A stretch of 64,000 nt of DNA, from the NCBI GenBank assembly GCA_027487835.1, contig JAIYCU010000025.1, forward strand, positions 21,890 to 85,889, given 5' to 3'. The position numbers and the translations under genes are program-made. The stretch comes from Bacteroidota bacterium (GTDB taxonomy: Bacteria; Bacteroidota; Bacteroidia; UKL13-3). This document shows positions 19,967 to 30,754 of this stretch, piece after piece. Below the pieces are notes generated by a model that was given only the letters and a program-made list of their open reading frames with translations, ran no database searches and was not told where the DNA came from. Numbering within the stretch: the first letter of the stretch is position 1; each line of letters opens with the position of its first letter.

Positions 19967-22051
19967 TTAAATAAAGCCATTCCATTTTCTAATAAGCCAT
20001 TCTAAACTCATTCCCAATAGCAGCAATGCCAGCAATAATTTAAAGTTGATGAGTAATTCAATATCTTGCTCTTCATAAATGATGGGCTTAATTTGGGCGT
20101 TTTCTTTTAGCTCCTTTACCAAATCCTCTACCTTATTTGGATAGTACATTTTGCCGCCAGTTTCTGCAGCAATCGCTTCTAAAAGTCCATGTTCTGCTTT
20201 TGTTTGAAGCAATTCTAATTGAAGCGCTTGAACTGAAAAATTTCCCTTTTTCACTGGAAATGATTTGTCGTCTTTTACAGTTGCCACATAACTATAAATA
20301 CCTGGTGAAAGTTTACCAGCATTTAATTCATAACCTTTCCCGTTTTTGGCCAAAGTGTATTGATAATTTTGCCCGTTGGAATTACTTATTTTTACTTCAA
20401 CGTCTTTTTGCTGGGTGAGTTCAAATGTTTCGTTATAAACTTCTGCTTCAAAAAGAGCAGCTTCTGTTTCATCAAATTTCTTTTTTACCGGGTTGAACCT
20501 AAACCGACTTTGGTCGTTATTACCCGCTGTCCATTGAATTATTTTTCCAAGTAATTGTTGAGTAATTACCTGATTTTGGTTCAATAAGAAATCATGTAAA
20601 CGCCATTTCCAAAATCCTTCTCCTGCAAGAACAGCGTATTTGCTACCCTTAGACTGACTAAAAAACAAAAGAGCTTGATTGGTTTTAACATAGCCAATTT
20701 GCTGGTTTAATAGAATAGTTGCATCTAAAGGTGTTTTGTAGCTTCCATAAAGCGTTATAAGCGGTGGCGCTTTTTGTACAAATTCAGAAAGTTCTTCATC
20801 AACTAAGAAAAGGGGGAAATCATTGTTTATCCAAGCTTGCGATTCATTGAAATTTTGTGGAGGGCCATTTATAGAAAGTATGCCAAGTTTGCCCAAGGCA
20901 TAAGAACTATTTTGCTTGCCCAATATGTAAAATATGGGTTTATTTTTAGCTTGTAAATTTTTAATCAACGCCTCTCCAGTGCCATTGTTTCCAGGCAACT
21001 GATGTAAAATAAACAAAGAAGCTTCGTTGATATATTCTTCCTTGTAATTTTGCATGAGGTAGCTGAATACCTCATAATTTGGATTGGTTTTTAAGGTTTG
21101 AACCAAGGCACTTACATCTGGGTGTGGGTTTTGTGCCACAATAACAAGTTTCTGCTTTGATTTTAATACTTCCACCTCAAAGCTAAAAGTGTTATTTATT
21201 AGATTACTTTCACCTGCAATAGGCTGAAGTTTTACTTTGTAAGAATGTAAACCTTCTTTATTAGCAGGCAGAGTAAGCGTAATGCGCTCCGTACCTGGGT
21301 CGGTTTGTATAAGAAGACTTCCAGCATTAATAAGGTTTGCGTTTTCGCTTAGGTTATAGAATACTTTATTTCCTTTTACAAAATTTGCTGCAATAGCCAC
21401 CTCAACAGTAAAGTTATTGCCTTCAAAAACAATATCGTTGTGTTTTACCTGTTTAATCCAAACGTCTTTTTTTCTTGTGCTATCCCCAAGTGCGACAGGA
21501 TAAACCTTCGTCTTTTGTTGTATGGCTTCGTACATTGGATTTTCCCCTGCATTATAAATGCCATCGCTTACTAAGATTATACTTGCTAGGTTTAGGTTGT
21601 AATGGGCTTCGCCAACTCCTTTAATTCCTGCTGCAATATTGCTTTGCTTTTCATTGAAATCAAAGTTTGTATTCTCTTTTAGTGATTCTCCAAATGAGTA
21701 GATCTTAACTTGGTAATCTTCTCCAAGTTTTTCAGGAATGGTTAATAGATTGGCCAGTTGGTTTTTTAGTTCTTCTTTGTTTTTACCCCCACTCAGCAAA
21801 GAGGCTGTATTGTCTACCAATAGTGCAATGATGGGCTTTTCAATTCTTTGGGTTTTTAGCTCAAAAAGCGGCCCTAACAACAAAAGCAAAATAGAAAAAA
21901 CTACGGAGAATCGTAGCAAATACAAGGCTTTTCTTAACCATATATTAGCAATATTGAGTGGATTATTCCGATACAGAAAATAGCTAATTCCTGCGGCTAA
22001 TAATAGCCATGAAATTATAAATGCATATGGGTAGGGAGTGCTAAAACTCAT
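19967..22051 (-). CDS. Membrane-anchored VWA-domain protein (two N-terminal TM helices, one C-terminal TM helix)
   Basis: LLVDNTASL (MIDAS-like), ILVSDG, terminal LEWLIRKWNGFI. Start moved to the ATG at 22051, 2 nt downstream of the fabG stop. Confidence 0.75.
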   Translation of the reverse strand: MSFSTPYPYAFIISWLLLAAGISYFLYRNNPLNIANIWLRKALYLLRFSVVFSILLLLLGPLFELKTQRIEKPIIALLVDNTASLLSGGKNKEELKNQLANLLTIPEKLGEDYQVKIYSFGESLKENTNFDFNEKQSNIAAGIKGVGEAHYNLNLASIILVSDGIYNAGENPMYEAIQQKTKVYPVALGDSTRKKDVWIKQVKHNDIVFEGNNFTVEVAIAANFVKGNKVFYNLSENANLINAGSLLIQTDPGTERITLTLPANKEGLHSYKVKLQPIAGESNLINNTFSFEVEVLKSKQKLVIVAQNPHPDVSALVQTLKTNPNYEVFSYLMQNYKEEYINEASLFILHQLPGNNGTGEALIKNLQAKNKPIFYILGKQNSSYALGKLGILSINGPPQNFNESQAWINNDFPLFLVDEELSEFVQKAPPLITLYGSYKTPLDATILLNQQIGYVKTNQALLFFSQSKGSKYAVLAGEGFWKWRLHDFLLNQNQVITQQLLGKIIQWTAGNNDQSRFRFNPVKKKFDETEAALFEAEVYNETFELTQQKDVEVKISNSNGQNYQYTLAKNGKGYELNAGKLSPGIYSYVATVKDDKSFPVKKGNFSVQALQLELLQTKAEHGLLEAIAAETGGKMYYPNKVEDLVKELKENAQIKPIIYEEQDIELLINFKLLLALLLLGMSLEWLIRKWNGFI

Positions 22052-22053
22052 TC

Positions 22054-22797
22054 TTACATTACCATGCCGCCACAAACATTGATGGTTTGTCCGCTAATGT
22101 ATGAAGAGGCATCACTTGCTAAAAATAATACACAATTGGCAACATCTTCAGGTTTTCCACCTCTTTTAAGTGGAATGCCTTTTATCCATTCTGCTTTTAC
22201 TTCTTCAGCTAGGGTATCAGTCATTTCAGTTTCTATGAAACCTGGCGCAATGGCATTGCAACGGATATTTCTTGAACCCAATTCTTTGGCAACACTTTTA
22301 GTTAGACCAATCATACCGGCTTTGGAGGCGGCATAATTAGCTTGGCCAGCATTACCTGTTATTCCAACCACAGAGGTTATATTAATGATTGAGCCACTTT
22401 TGGCCTTCATCATGGGTTTCATAGCGGCCTTAGTCATGGCAAATGCTGATTTTAAATTGGTATCAAGCACGTCATCCCATTGCTGTTCGCTCATTCGCAT
22501 CAATAAGGTATCCTTTGTAATACCGGCATTATTTACCAACACATCTAAAGCCCCAAAATCTTTTAGAATTTCATCTACAACTTTATCCGCTTCTGCAAAT
22601 TCTGCTGCATTACTTTGATATCCTTTTGCTTTAACGCCCATGGCTTGCAGCTCTGCTTCAAATGTCATTGCTTTTTCAACAGAGCTCACATACGTAAACG
22701 CAATATTTGCGCCTGCTTTTGCTAGGGTATGGGCTATTCCTTTGCCAATTCCGCGAGAAGCGCCCGTAACAAGCGCTGTTTTTCCTTGTAAATTCAT
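22054..22797 (-). CDS. fabG: 3-oxoacyl-ACP reductase
   Basis: TGASRGIG, VNNAGITKD, GNAGQANYAASKAG, NAIAPGFIET. Start moved to MNLQGK at 22797. Confidence 0.95.
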   Translation of the reverse strand: MNLQGKTALVTGASRGIGKGIAHTLAKAGANIAFTYVSSVEKAMTFEAELQAMGVKAKGYQSNAAEFAEADKVVDEILKDFGALDVLVNNAGITKDTLLMRMSEQQWDDVLDTNLKSAFAMTKAAMKPMMKAKSGSIINITSVVGITGNAGQANYAASKAGMIGLTKSVAKELGSRNIRCNAIAPGFIETEMTDTLAEEVKAEWIKGIPLKRGGKPEDVANCVLFLASDASSYISGQTINVCGGMVM

Positions 22798-22929
22798 GGT
22801 ATAAATCTTGGTTTGGCGAATATAGGAAAATTTGCAGTTTGGATGCTCCAAAATAGAATTTTCACAATAATTGTAATGTTGAAGTTGCTTAATTTTCTTT
22901 TAGCAATTGAAAGTTTAGTAGTCTGAACG

Positions 22930-24681
22930 CTACTTTGCAAATTGGTGTGAATACAATTCCTTATAGTATTTGCTGTTTAGAAGTAATTGCTGATGGGTTC
23001 CACGCTCCACAATTTCCCCTTTTTCCAATACTAATATTTCATCAGCATGTGCAATGGTACTAAGTCTATGGGCAATCATAATGCTGCTTCTACCCACACG
23101 CATCTTCTCAATGGCTTGCTGAATTATTTCTTCCGTTTCATGGTCAATTGACGAGGTGGCTTCATCTAAAACTAAAATGGCTGGCTTATGCACCATGGCC
23201 CTCACAAAAGAAATCAATTGCCTTTGGCCTACACTTAGACTCGCGCCTCTTTCCATCACAGCTTGTTGGTATCCATTGGGCAATAAACTTATGAATTCAT
23301 GTGCGCCCAATTGCTTAGCAACTGCTATAACTTCCTCATCACTTATTTCTGTATCATACAACTTGATATTGTCCATAATACTGCCACTAAATAAGAACAC
23401 ATCTTGCAATACCACCGCAATTTTACTTCGTAAACCTTCTAAATTATAGTCTTGAACCAATACGCCGTCAATTTTTATCGTGCCTGATTGAATTTCATAA
23501 AAACGACTCAGCAAATTAATGATGCTTGATTTTCCAGCACCCGTTGCACCCACCAAAGCCAAGGTTTTGCCTTTGCTTAGAATAAAAGAAATTTCCTTTA
23601 AAACCAGTTGTCCGGGTATATAAGAAAAGTTTACCTTTTCAAAAGCAATATTACCTTCCAATTGGTCGGCATTTTCAGTACCTTCAATTTCTTTGGGTTC
23701 AGTTTCATCAATAAGCTTAAAAATTCTATCTGATGCCACCATTCCCATTTGTAAATTATTGAACCTGTCGGCTAACTGTCTAATTGGCCTAAAAAAGAGG
23801 TTCAAATACATAATAAAAGCAATAAGCACACCTGCAGAAAAGGTTCCTTCAATAACTCCTCCCGCTCCATACCACACCAATAATCCAATGGCTACAGCAC
23901 TTAGAACTTCTACTACTGGGAAAAATACTGAATAGTAAAACACGCTCTGAATATTGGCATTGCGATGTTCCGCATTTATTTGTTTAAACTTTTCAAACTC
24001 TTGTGGCTCTCTGTTAAATATTTGAACAATTTGCATTCCAGTTAAATGTTCCTGAACAAAGGTGTTCATCTGGGCCACCTTATTTCTTACTTCCTCAAAG
24101 CTCGATTTCACGGCTTCTTTAAACAAATAGCCACTATAAAAAAGCAAAGGCAATACAGATAAGCAAACCAAAGAAAGTTTCACATCGGTGGCAAACATCA
24201 ATATCAAGAGAACCACTATTTGTAGCACGTCACCTACAATATTTATCATCCCTTCACTAAATACTTCACTTATAACTTCAATGTCGCTTATGCTTCTAGT
24301 AACTAAGTTCCCAACAGGGGTTTTATCAAAATAACTTTGTTTAAAAGTAAGTAAATGTTTGTAAACTTTGTTTCGTAGATCATATATAATTTGTTGCCCC
24401 AAGAAATTCGATAGAAGGGTTCCCCACCATTGCATAGCAGCCCCAATTATTAATAGCACTAATAACAAAATTGACATGTTGAGTAACCCTTTACCATTGC
24501 CAACTGAAATATACTTGTCAATGGTTACCTGAATTAAGTAGGGCCTTAACGGGCCTAAAATGGCTATACTAATGGTTAAAAAAACAGCAGTAAAGAACTT
24601 ATTTCTGTATGGTAATGCTAGGGAAAATATCCTTAGTAAAAGTTTCCAATCAAAGGATTCTTTTTTTTGTTTTTTACTCAT
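22930..24681 (-). CDS. ABC exporter, fused permease/ATPase (MsbA/MdlB-like)
   Basis: Six-TM N-domain; Walker A GATGAGKS; signature LSVGQRQ; Walker B LVLDEATS; IAHRLST. Confidence 0.95.
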   Translation of the reverse strand: MSKKQKKESFDWKLLLRIFSLALPYRNKFFTAVFLTISIAILGPLRPYLIQVTIDKYISVGNGKGLLNMSILLLVLLIIGAAMQWWGTLLSNFLGQQIIYDLRNKVYKHLLTFKQSYFDKTPVGNLVTRSISDIEVISEVFSEGMINIVGDVLQIVVLLILMFATDVKLSLVCLSVLPLLFYSGYLFKEAVKSSFEEVRNKVAQMNTFVQEHLTGMQIVQIFNREPQEFEKFKQINAEHRNANIQSVFYYSVFFPVVEVLSAVAIGLLVWYGAGGVIEGTFSAGVLIAFIMYLNLFFRPIRQLADRFNNLQMGMVASDRIFKLIDETEPKEIEGTENADQLEGNIAFEKVNFSYIPGQLVLKEISFILSKGKTLALVGATGAGKSSIINLLSRFYEIQSGTIKIDGVLVQDYNLEGLRSKIAVVLQDVFLFSGSIMDNIKLYDTEISDEEVIAVAKQLGAHEFISLLPNGYQQAVMERGASLSVGQRQLISFVRAMVHKPAILVLDEATSSIDHETEEIIQQAIEKMRVGRSSIMIAHRLSTIAHADEILVLEKGEIVERGTHQQLLLNSKYYKELYSHQFAK

Positions 24682-24683
24682 CC

Positions 24684-27185
24684 TTAAAAGCGCAATTGCA
24701 TTTTAATATTAACCCTTCTATTGGTGAGGTAGTTTGGCACCGCATATCTTGCTGCTGTTACGTCCTCTATCCAAATATAACTTATCGTATTGTTTACACC
24801 TAGCAAATTGAAAACTTCAATTCCTATCCATGCACTTTGAATATTCTTGCGCCAAAAGTTATCTCTTTTTCGGGTATCTTCCTCAATCAAAACGCGGTTG
24901 ATACCTAAATCTACCCGACGGTAGCTTGGAATTCTGTTTAAGTCATTATAGCGGTTTCTATCTGGCACCCCAAAAGGAAGACCACTGCCATAAACTAAAT
25001 TAAGGTTCATTCTTAATTTAGGATTTTTGCGCAAATAATCTTGGAAAAATATTGCAAAATTAACCCTTTGGTCAGTAGGGCGTGGGATAAACGATGGGGT
25101 AATTGCATTACCTTGTGCATCTATGGCATCGGTTATTTTTTCTTGGGTTTTCATTACACTTAAGCTTGCCCAACTTTCTGCGCCTTTCACAAACTCTCCA
25201 TTTACCCTAAGGTCGATACCACTTGCATACCCACTTGAATTATTATTGGCAAAATACCTAATCCTAACATTGTCAATTTCATAAGGAATAAGGAAATCAA
25301 GTTGTTTATAATATACTTCCCCAATGAACTTAAAAGGGCGATTCCAAGCTGTAAAATTCATATCACCGCCTACTACATAATGAATGGCTCTTTGTGCTTT
25401 AATTTTTGGATTCAATTCCCCATTAAAATCTCGTAGTTCTCTATAAAAAGGAGGCTGATAATACCATCCATAAGCCGCTTTAATGAGCCAATCTTTCTTC
25501 GGTTTTGCATCTGATTTACTTTCTTTTAATAGCTTATTAAATTTTCTATTGGGTTCAAATGCAAACTGAATCCTAGGACTTAGAACGGTTTGTTGGTTAT
25601 AGCTCCAATTATTAATACGAATTCCGTAGGTGATAGTAGCATTATAGGTTTTGTTTAAAATCTGGGAGTTTTGGGCATAGGCGCTTAATCGATAAGTAGT
25701 AAGGCTCAATTTAGTGCTTAAATAACTGTTTAATTCAAAGTTTCCATTGCTATCTAATTTAGGTCTTGAGAAGCCTGCAGAATCATCATAATACCATTCG
25801 TGCAAGCGATCATTGATGGTTTCTGTTTGTAGGAAAGCGCCCCATTGAAGGGTGTTTTTACCTTCTGAATGAAAACCTCTGTGTCCAATATTATTAACCC
25901 TTGCCACCACTGCATTTCTGGCATTATTTATAAAGTAACCAACGCCCCTTAAACTTCTGGCACGGGCAAAATTATCAGATCCTAAATCGGTTTCAATATC
26001 ACTTAAACGATAGGCTCCCTCAACGGTAAAAATTTCATTTTCGTTGGAGTAAAAGCTTGAGCCAATTAGTTTTAGTTGAGTTTTATGGTTGAGTTTATAA
26101 TTTAGGGTGGCAGCGGCCATCCCTGTTTGATATTCCATGAGGTCGGCGCCGTCAAAGAAGATATTTAATTGGTATGCCCGGTTGACAGTGCCAAAAGTAG
26201 TTTGTCGGTTTTGAGGTACAAAGTAATATTTGTTGCTAGCAAAGCTACCCAAAATGCTTAGCGTTAAGTTGTCGGTAAGGTGCCAGTTTAATAGCGTTTG
26301 AACATCATAAAATTTTGGCTGATAATCGCCTTGTACATCAAAAGTGCCTAGCACGTAAGCATTGCTCCAGTACCTTGCACCTAATAGCCAAGTAAAGCGT
26401 AAATCTTTGGAAGCACCTTCTACATGCGTTTGAAGTCCGAGCAAACTTACAGTGGCCGAGGCTCCAAACTTTTTAGGGTCTTTATACTTAATGTCTAAAA
26501 CACTGCTCATTTTATCTCCATACCTTGCTTCAAATCCGCCAGCAGAAAATTTAACGTTTTGAACCAACTCAGTATGAATAAAACTTAATCCTTCTTGTTG
26601 TCCGCTTCTTGGGAGGAAGGGACGATAGATTTCGATATCATTTACATAAATGAGGTTTTCATCATAATTTCCACCTCTTACATTGTACTGTGAGCTAAGT
26701 TCATTATTAGAAGAAACGCCAGGTAAAGTTTTAAGGATTTGTTCAAACGACCCACTAACATTCGCCAATATACTTGCCTTTTTTGGGTCAATGGTATACA
26801 TGGATACTTTGTCTCTGTCTTTTTCTTCGCTTACCACAAAAACCCTAAGCGAAACGCCAAAATCCATTTGTACGGCTAACTCCTTTTTTTCTCCTTTTTC
26901 AAGGGCTTGAATTTCAACTTTTTTGGGTGGTCTGCCTACATAAGTAAAAACAAGGGTGAGGGGAATATTGGAAGGGACTTGCAAATTATACTTTCCATTT
27001 TTATCACTGTTTCCAGTGATTTTGGTAGAAATAATTTGAATATTAACATCTTCGATTGGCCGATTGAGCGAATCACTTATGGTACCAAAAAGGTAGGCTT
27101 TATCTTGCCCAAAAACATTGGCAATAAAAAGTTGGGTCAAACCAAACAAAAAGAAGGCAGCAATTTTTCTCAATGCTTTACTCAA
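24684..27185 (-). CDS. TonB-dependent receptor-like outer membrane protein with carboxypeptidase-regulatory-like N-domain
   Basis: Signal peptide; plug motif TLPGV...YNVRGGNYDENLIYVNDIEI; barrel ending in EVFNLLG...KMQLRF. No susD follows. Confidence 0.88.
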   Translation of the reverse strand: MSKALRKIAAFFLFGLTQLFIANVFGQDKAYLFGTISDSLNRPIEDVNIQIISTKITGNSDKNGKYNLQVPSNIPLTLVFTYVGRPPKKVEIQALEKGEKKELAVQMDFGVSLRVFVVSEEKDRDKVSMYTIDPKKASILANVSGSFEQILKTLPGVSSNNELSSQYNVRGGNYDENLIYVNDIEIYRPFLPRSGQQEGLSFIHTELVQNVKFSAGGFEARYGDKMSSVLDIKYKDPKKFGASATVSLLGLQTHVEGASKDLRFTWLLGARYWSNAYVLGTFDVQGDYQPKFYDVQTLLNWHLTDNLTLSILGSFASNKYYFVPQNRQTTFGTVNRAYQLNIFFDGADLMEYQTGMAAATLNYKLNHKTQLKLIGSSFYSNENEIFTVEGAYRLSDIETDLGSDNFARARSLRGVGYFINNARNAVVARVNNIGHRGFHSEGKNTLQWGAFLQTETINDRLHEWYYDDSAGFSRPKLDSNGNFELNSYLSTKLSLTTYRLSAYAQNSQILNKTYNATITYGIRINNWSYNQQTVLSPRIQFAFEPNRKFNKLLKESKSDAKPKKDWLIKAAYGWYYQPPFYRELRDFNGELNPKIKAQRAIHYVVGGDMNFTAWNRPFKFIGEVYYKQLDFLIPYEIDNVRIRYFANNNSSGYASGIDLRVNGEFVKGAESWASLSVMKTQEKITDAIDAQGNAITPSFIPRPTDQRVNFAIFFQDYLRKNPKLRMNLNLVYGSGLPFGVPDRNRYNDLNRIPSYRRVDLGINRVLIEEDTRKRDNFWRKNIQSAWIGIEVFNLLGVNNTISYIWIEDVTAARYAVPNYLTNRRVNIKMQLRF

Positions 27186-27188
27186 CGA

Positions 27189-27866
27189 TTAGGCCTTAGT
27201 TGTGGTATGAGGGTGTGTATTTTTTAGCGCTTGTATGATTGCTTGGGGCTGGGTTGAACCAAAAACATAGTTTCCAGCCACCAAAACTTTAGCGCCTGCT
27301 TCCAGTAATTTTGGAGCGGTAATTTGATTTACGCCGCCGTCAATTTCTATAAGGCAATTTGATCCTGATTTATCTATTAAATCTCTCAATTCTCTGCATT
27401 TTTCATAGGTTTGCTCAATAAATTTTTGGCCTCCAAAACCAGGGTTTACGCTCATCATGCAAATAAGGTCTGCATCCTTAATCACGTCCTTAAGAAGGCT
27501 AATTGGGGTATGTGGATTAATAGCAATACCTGCCTTCATTCCTTCTTCCTTGATGGCGTGTATCGTTCTATGTAAATGGGTGCAGGCTTCGTAATGAACC
27601 GATAAAATGGCCGCACCCACTTCTTTAAAATCTTTAATATAACGCTCAGGCTGCACAATCATTAGGTGAACATCCAAAGGCTTTTTGGCTAAGTTTTGGA
27701 TAGATTTAATAATAGGAAACCCAAAGGAGATATTGGGTACAAATACGCCATCCATTACATCCACATGGAACCAGTCGGCTTGGCTAGCATTAATCATTTC
27801 TACATCTCTACCAAGGTTGGCAAAATCTGCCGAAAGCACTGAGGGCGCGATTATTGGAAAACTCAT
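27189..27866 (-). CDS. rpe: Ribulose-phosphate 3-epimerase
   Basis: IAPSVLSADF, HVDVMDGVFVPN, DVHLMI, MSVNPGFGGQ, EIDGGV. Confidence 0.97.
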   Translation of the reverse strand: MSFPIIAPSVLSADFANLGRDVEMINASQADWFHVDVMDGVFVPNISFGFPIIKSIQNLAKKPLDVHLMIVQPERYIKDFKEVGAAILSVHYEACTHLHRTIHAIKEEGMKAGIAINPHTPISLLKDVIKDADLICMMSVNPGFGGQKFIEQTYEKCRELRDLIDKSGSNCLIEIDGGVNQITAPKLLEAGAKVLVAGNYVFGSTQPQAIIQALKNTHPHTTTKA

Positions 27867-27895
27867 GCGGCGAAGATAATGAAAATGTGGAAAGG

Positions 27896-28624
27896 CTAAG
27901 GATTCAAAAAAAATTCTCTCTGAAGGCTTAATGCATTGGTGAGAATGAGTTTGTTGGCATTTTTCAAATCAATTAATTCACAGGGACTTTCAATAACTTT
28001 GTGTTGTTGCATAAATGTATTTCGACCGATGCCTTCAATGCAAGCTTCGGAAAGTGGTGGAGTATACCATTGTTCATTTTTGAACCAAAAGATATTGCTA
28101 CTAGTGCTTTCAATAATTCTTCCGTGTGTGTTTAAAATGAGGCATTCATCCCAATTCATTTCTTTGGCATAGATGGCTGACATCACGTAAATAAGGGCAT
28201 TCCCAGATTTTAAGTTGGCCAAAATGCCTGGGGCTTTGGTTTGGTCTGGATAAACGCCCAAGGTTAAAGTTTTATTAAGTTTTGGAGAAAATGGAGTGGC
28301 AGTTACCTGGTAATTGAGCAGAGCCTCACTTGGGAAATAAAATCCTTCTCCTTCTCTTTTGGCGCTAAATCTAATTCTAAAGTATTTTGAATCGGGGTTT
28401 TGGTTCAAACCGAAACTTACTGCATCCATTGATAATTCTAGAAAGGTTTGAAAAGAAAGATAGGGTTTAGGCATTTTCAAGACAGACAATCCGCGGGTTA
28501 AGCGCTCAAAATGCTGAGTAGCAAAACGAATTGCATTTCCATCATAAAACATGGTTTCAAATAAAAGGTCGCCATATTGGCCTGCTCTTTCCATAAAATG
28601 ATTTGTTCGTAAAGGTAAAATCAT
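27896..28624 (-). CDS. Aminotransferase class IV (4-amino-4-deoxychorismate lyase/PabC-like)
   Basis: YGDLLFETM, HFERL, PLP Lys in NLKSGN, IIESTSSNIF, CIEGIGR. Confidence 0.85.
   Translation of the reverse strand: MILPLRTNHFMERAGQYGDLLFETMFYDGNAIRFATQHFERLTRGLSVLKMPKPYLSFQTFLELSMDAVSFGLNQNPDSKYFRIRFSAKREGEGFYFPSEALLNYQVTATPFSPKLNKTLTLGVYPDQTKAPGILANLKSGNALIYVMSAIYAKEMNWDECLILNTHGRIIESTSSNIFWFKNEQWYTPPLSEACIEGIGRNTFMQQHKVIESPCELIDLKNANKLILTNALSLQREFFLNP
28400..28416 (+). repeat. Dispersed motif TTGGTTCAAACCGAAAC, perfect copy
   Basis: Antisense in the pabC-like gene, read as SFGLNQ. Confidence 0.9.
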
Positions 28625-28645
28625 AGATTTGCCTCACCAAATCTA
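28624..28645. promoter_or_regulatory. Palindrome made of two opposed -7 promoter elements (TAGATTTG-N6-CAAATCTA)
   Basis: Perfect 8-bp inverted repeat; each arm is a TAnnTTTG consensus, one pointing to thiolase (+) and one to the pabC-like gene (-). Confidence 0.6.
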
Positions 28646-28658
28646 AAATTCAATTTTT

Positions 28659-29840
28659 ATGAAAACAGTTTATATTGTTTCAGTAGCTCGCACGCCAATA
28701 GGCGCATTTAATGGTTCATTAGCCACATTGAGTGCTACACAATTAGGAGCCATAGCCATTAAAGGCGCCTTGGAAAAGGCAGGAGTAGCACCAGAAATGG
28801 TAGAAGAAGTATTTATGGGTAATGTAATTTCCTCAAATTTGGGTCAGGCACCTGCTACCCAAGCGATGATTTATGCAGGAATACCAAATACAGTACCTGC
28901 AACAATTATCAATAAAGTTTGTGCATCTGGTTCAAAAGCAATTATGATGGGCGCACAATCTATTATGATGGGTATTAATGATGTAGTAATTGCAGGCGGA
29001 ATGGAGAGCATGAGTAACATTCCATATTATTTAGATAAAGCTAGAAATGGCTATCGTTTAGGACATGGAACTATAATTGATGGTATGATTAGAGATGGAT
29101 TATGGGATGTTTACAAAGATTTTCACATGGGCAATGCAGCGGAGATGTGCGCTAGAGAATATAACTTTACCCGTGAAGACCAAGATGCATTTGCGATAGA
29201 AAGCTATACTCGTGCTCAAAATGCCTATAAGAAAAATGCATTTGATGCTGAATTAGTACCAGTAGAAATTCCAGTAAGAGGAAAAGATCCAATCATGGTA
29301 ACTGCTGATGAGGAGTACTTAAAGGTTAATTTTGATAAGTTAAAAACATTGAAACCAGCCTTCGAAAAGGATGGTACAATTACGGCAGCCAATGCTTCGA
29401 AGTTGAATGATGGGGCAAGTGCCTTGGTATTAATGAGCGAGGAAAAAGTGAAAGAGCTTGGACTTAAGCCTTTGGCAAAAATAATTGCTTTTGCGGATGC
29501 AGCGCAAGCGCCTGAGTGGTTTACAACTGCCCCAGCATTAGCGATTCCAAAAGCATTGAAATGGGCTGGAATAGAAATAAAAGATGTGGATTATTTTGAA
29601 TTAAATGAAGCCTTCTCTGTGGTGGGTATGGTTAATAATAAGATTTTAGGATTAGATGATAAGAAGGTGAATGTTTACGGTGGTGCAGTTTCATTAGGAC
29701 ATCCATTGGGTAGTTCTGGTTCTAGAATTGTGGCTACCTTAACAAGTGTATTAAATCAAGAAGGTGGTAGATACGGAGTAACTGGTATTTGTAATGGGGG
29801 TGGTGGCGCTTCTGCTATTGTAATTGAAGCGGTTTCATAA
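28659..29840 (+). CDS. Acetyl-CoA C-acetyltransferase (thiolase)
   Basis: INKVCASG, AGGMESMS, NASKLNDGA, ELNEAF, GHPLGSSG, GICNGGGGA. Confidence 0.96.
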   Translation: MKTVYIVSVARTPIGAFNGSLATLSATQLGAIAIKGALEKAGVAPEMVEEVFMGNVISSNLGQAPATQAMIYAGIPNTVPATIINKVCASGSKAIMMGAQSIMMGINDVVIAGGMESMSNIPYYLDKARNGYRLGHGTIIDGMIRDGLWDVYKDFHMGNAAEMCAREYNFTREDQDAFAIESYTRAQNAYKKNAFDAELVPVEIPVRGKDPIMVTADEEYLKVNFDKLKTLKPAFEKDGTITAANASKLNDGASALVLMSEEKVKELGLKPLAKIIAFADAAQAPEWFTTAPALAIPKALKWAGIEIKDVDYFELNEAFSVVGMVNNKILGLDDKKVNVYGGAVSLGHPLGSSGSRIVATLTSVLNQEGGRYGVTGICNGGGGASAIVIEAVS

Positions 29841-29869
29841 GAAAAGGTGCAAAGGGGCGTTATTGAATC

Positions 29870-30739
29870 GTGAAAAAGATTAGTTTATTTTTACTGCTGC
29901 TCTCAGCATTATCCTTGCGAGCGCAGCAATTGGACTCTGCCGCCTTAGAAGAGTTGAAAGATTATGAAATTCGCTTGAGTGGTTTAGGCGAAAACATGGT
30001 GCGAAATTTTGATGAGATAACCCGCATTACATCTGGTAAAAATTTTATTATGCAATTATCAAGAGCCCTTCGTGTGGAGGGCTCTTTTTATTATCCATTC
30101 GACTCGCTAAAGAACGTTATGAAATTAAGTTCACCAGATGGATTATTTAGGATATTGACCTGGAATGTTGCTACTAATGATGAGCATTTTAGGTATTTCG
30201 GAGTCATACAGATGAATCCAAAAAAAATAGAAGAATTAAATAAGGTTGAACCCTTATATGAATCCTTTTATCCTTTGATTGATAGAAGTGATAGCATAAA
30301 AAGTCATCTGTTTGTGGAAACAGGCGCCAATCAGTGGTATGGCGCCAATTATTATAAAATTGTAAAAACCACTTTCAATAAAAGAGATTATTACACGCTA
30401 TTAGGTTGGGATGGCGCCGATAGCCTAGTCAATCGAAAAATTGCAGATGTTTTACAATTCAAAGAGGGCAAACCAAGGTTTGGAGCACCTATCTTTGATT
30501 TGAAACGAAAGACAGTTTTTTACAGAATGGTTTTTGAATTTAACAATGAAGCTACTATGGCGCTTAAGTATGATGAGAAGCGAAAATTTCTCATTCATGA
30601 AAACATAGTGCCAGACAAGCCAGAAAATTCGGCCTTCGCAGAGCGATATTTTCCTGATGGTTCTTTTGATTATTTGATTTGGAATAAAAAAGGGCAGTGG
30701 GAAAAGCAACCCAAAATGCTCGAAGTATTTGAAAAATAA
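29870..30739 (+). CDS. Conserved hypothetical exported protein
   Basis: GTG start, signal peptide ending SLRA-QQ, 289 aa; function not recognised. Confidence 0.75.
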   Translation: MKKISLFLLLLSALSLRAQQLDSAALEELKDYEIRLSGLGENMVRNFDEITRITSGKNFIMQLSRALRVEGSFYYPFDSLKNVMKLSSPDGLFRILTWNVATNDEHFRYFGVIQMNPKKIEELNKVEPLYESFYPLIDRSDSIKSHLFVETGANQWYGANYYKIVKTTFNKRDYYTLLGWDGADSLVNRKIADVLQFKEGKPRFGAPIFDLKRKTVFYRMVFEFNNEATMALKYDEKRKFLIHENIVPDKPENSAFAERYFPDGSFDYLIWNKKGQWEKQPKMLEVFEK

Positions 30740-30754
30740 AGATTAATAAAGCAT

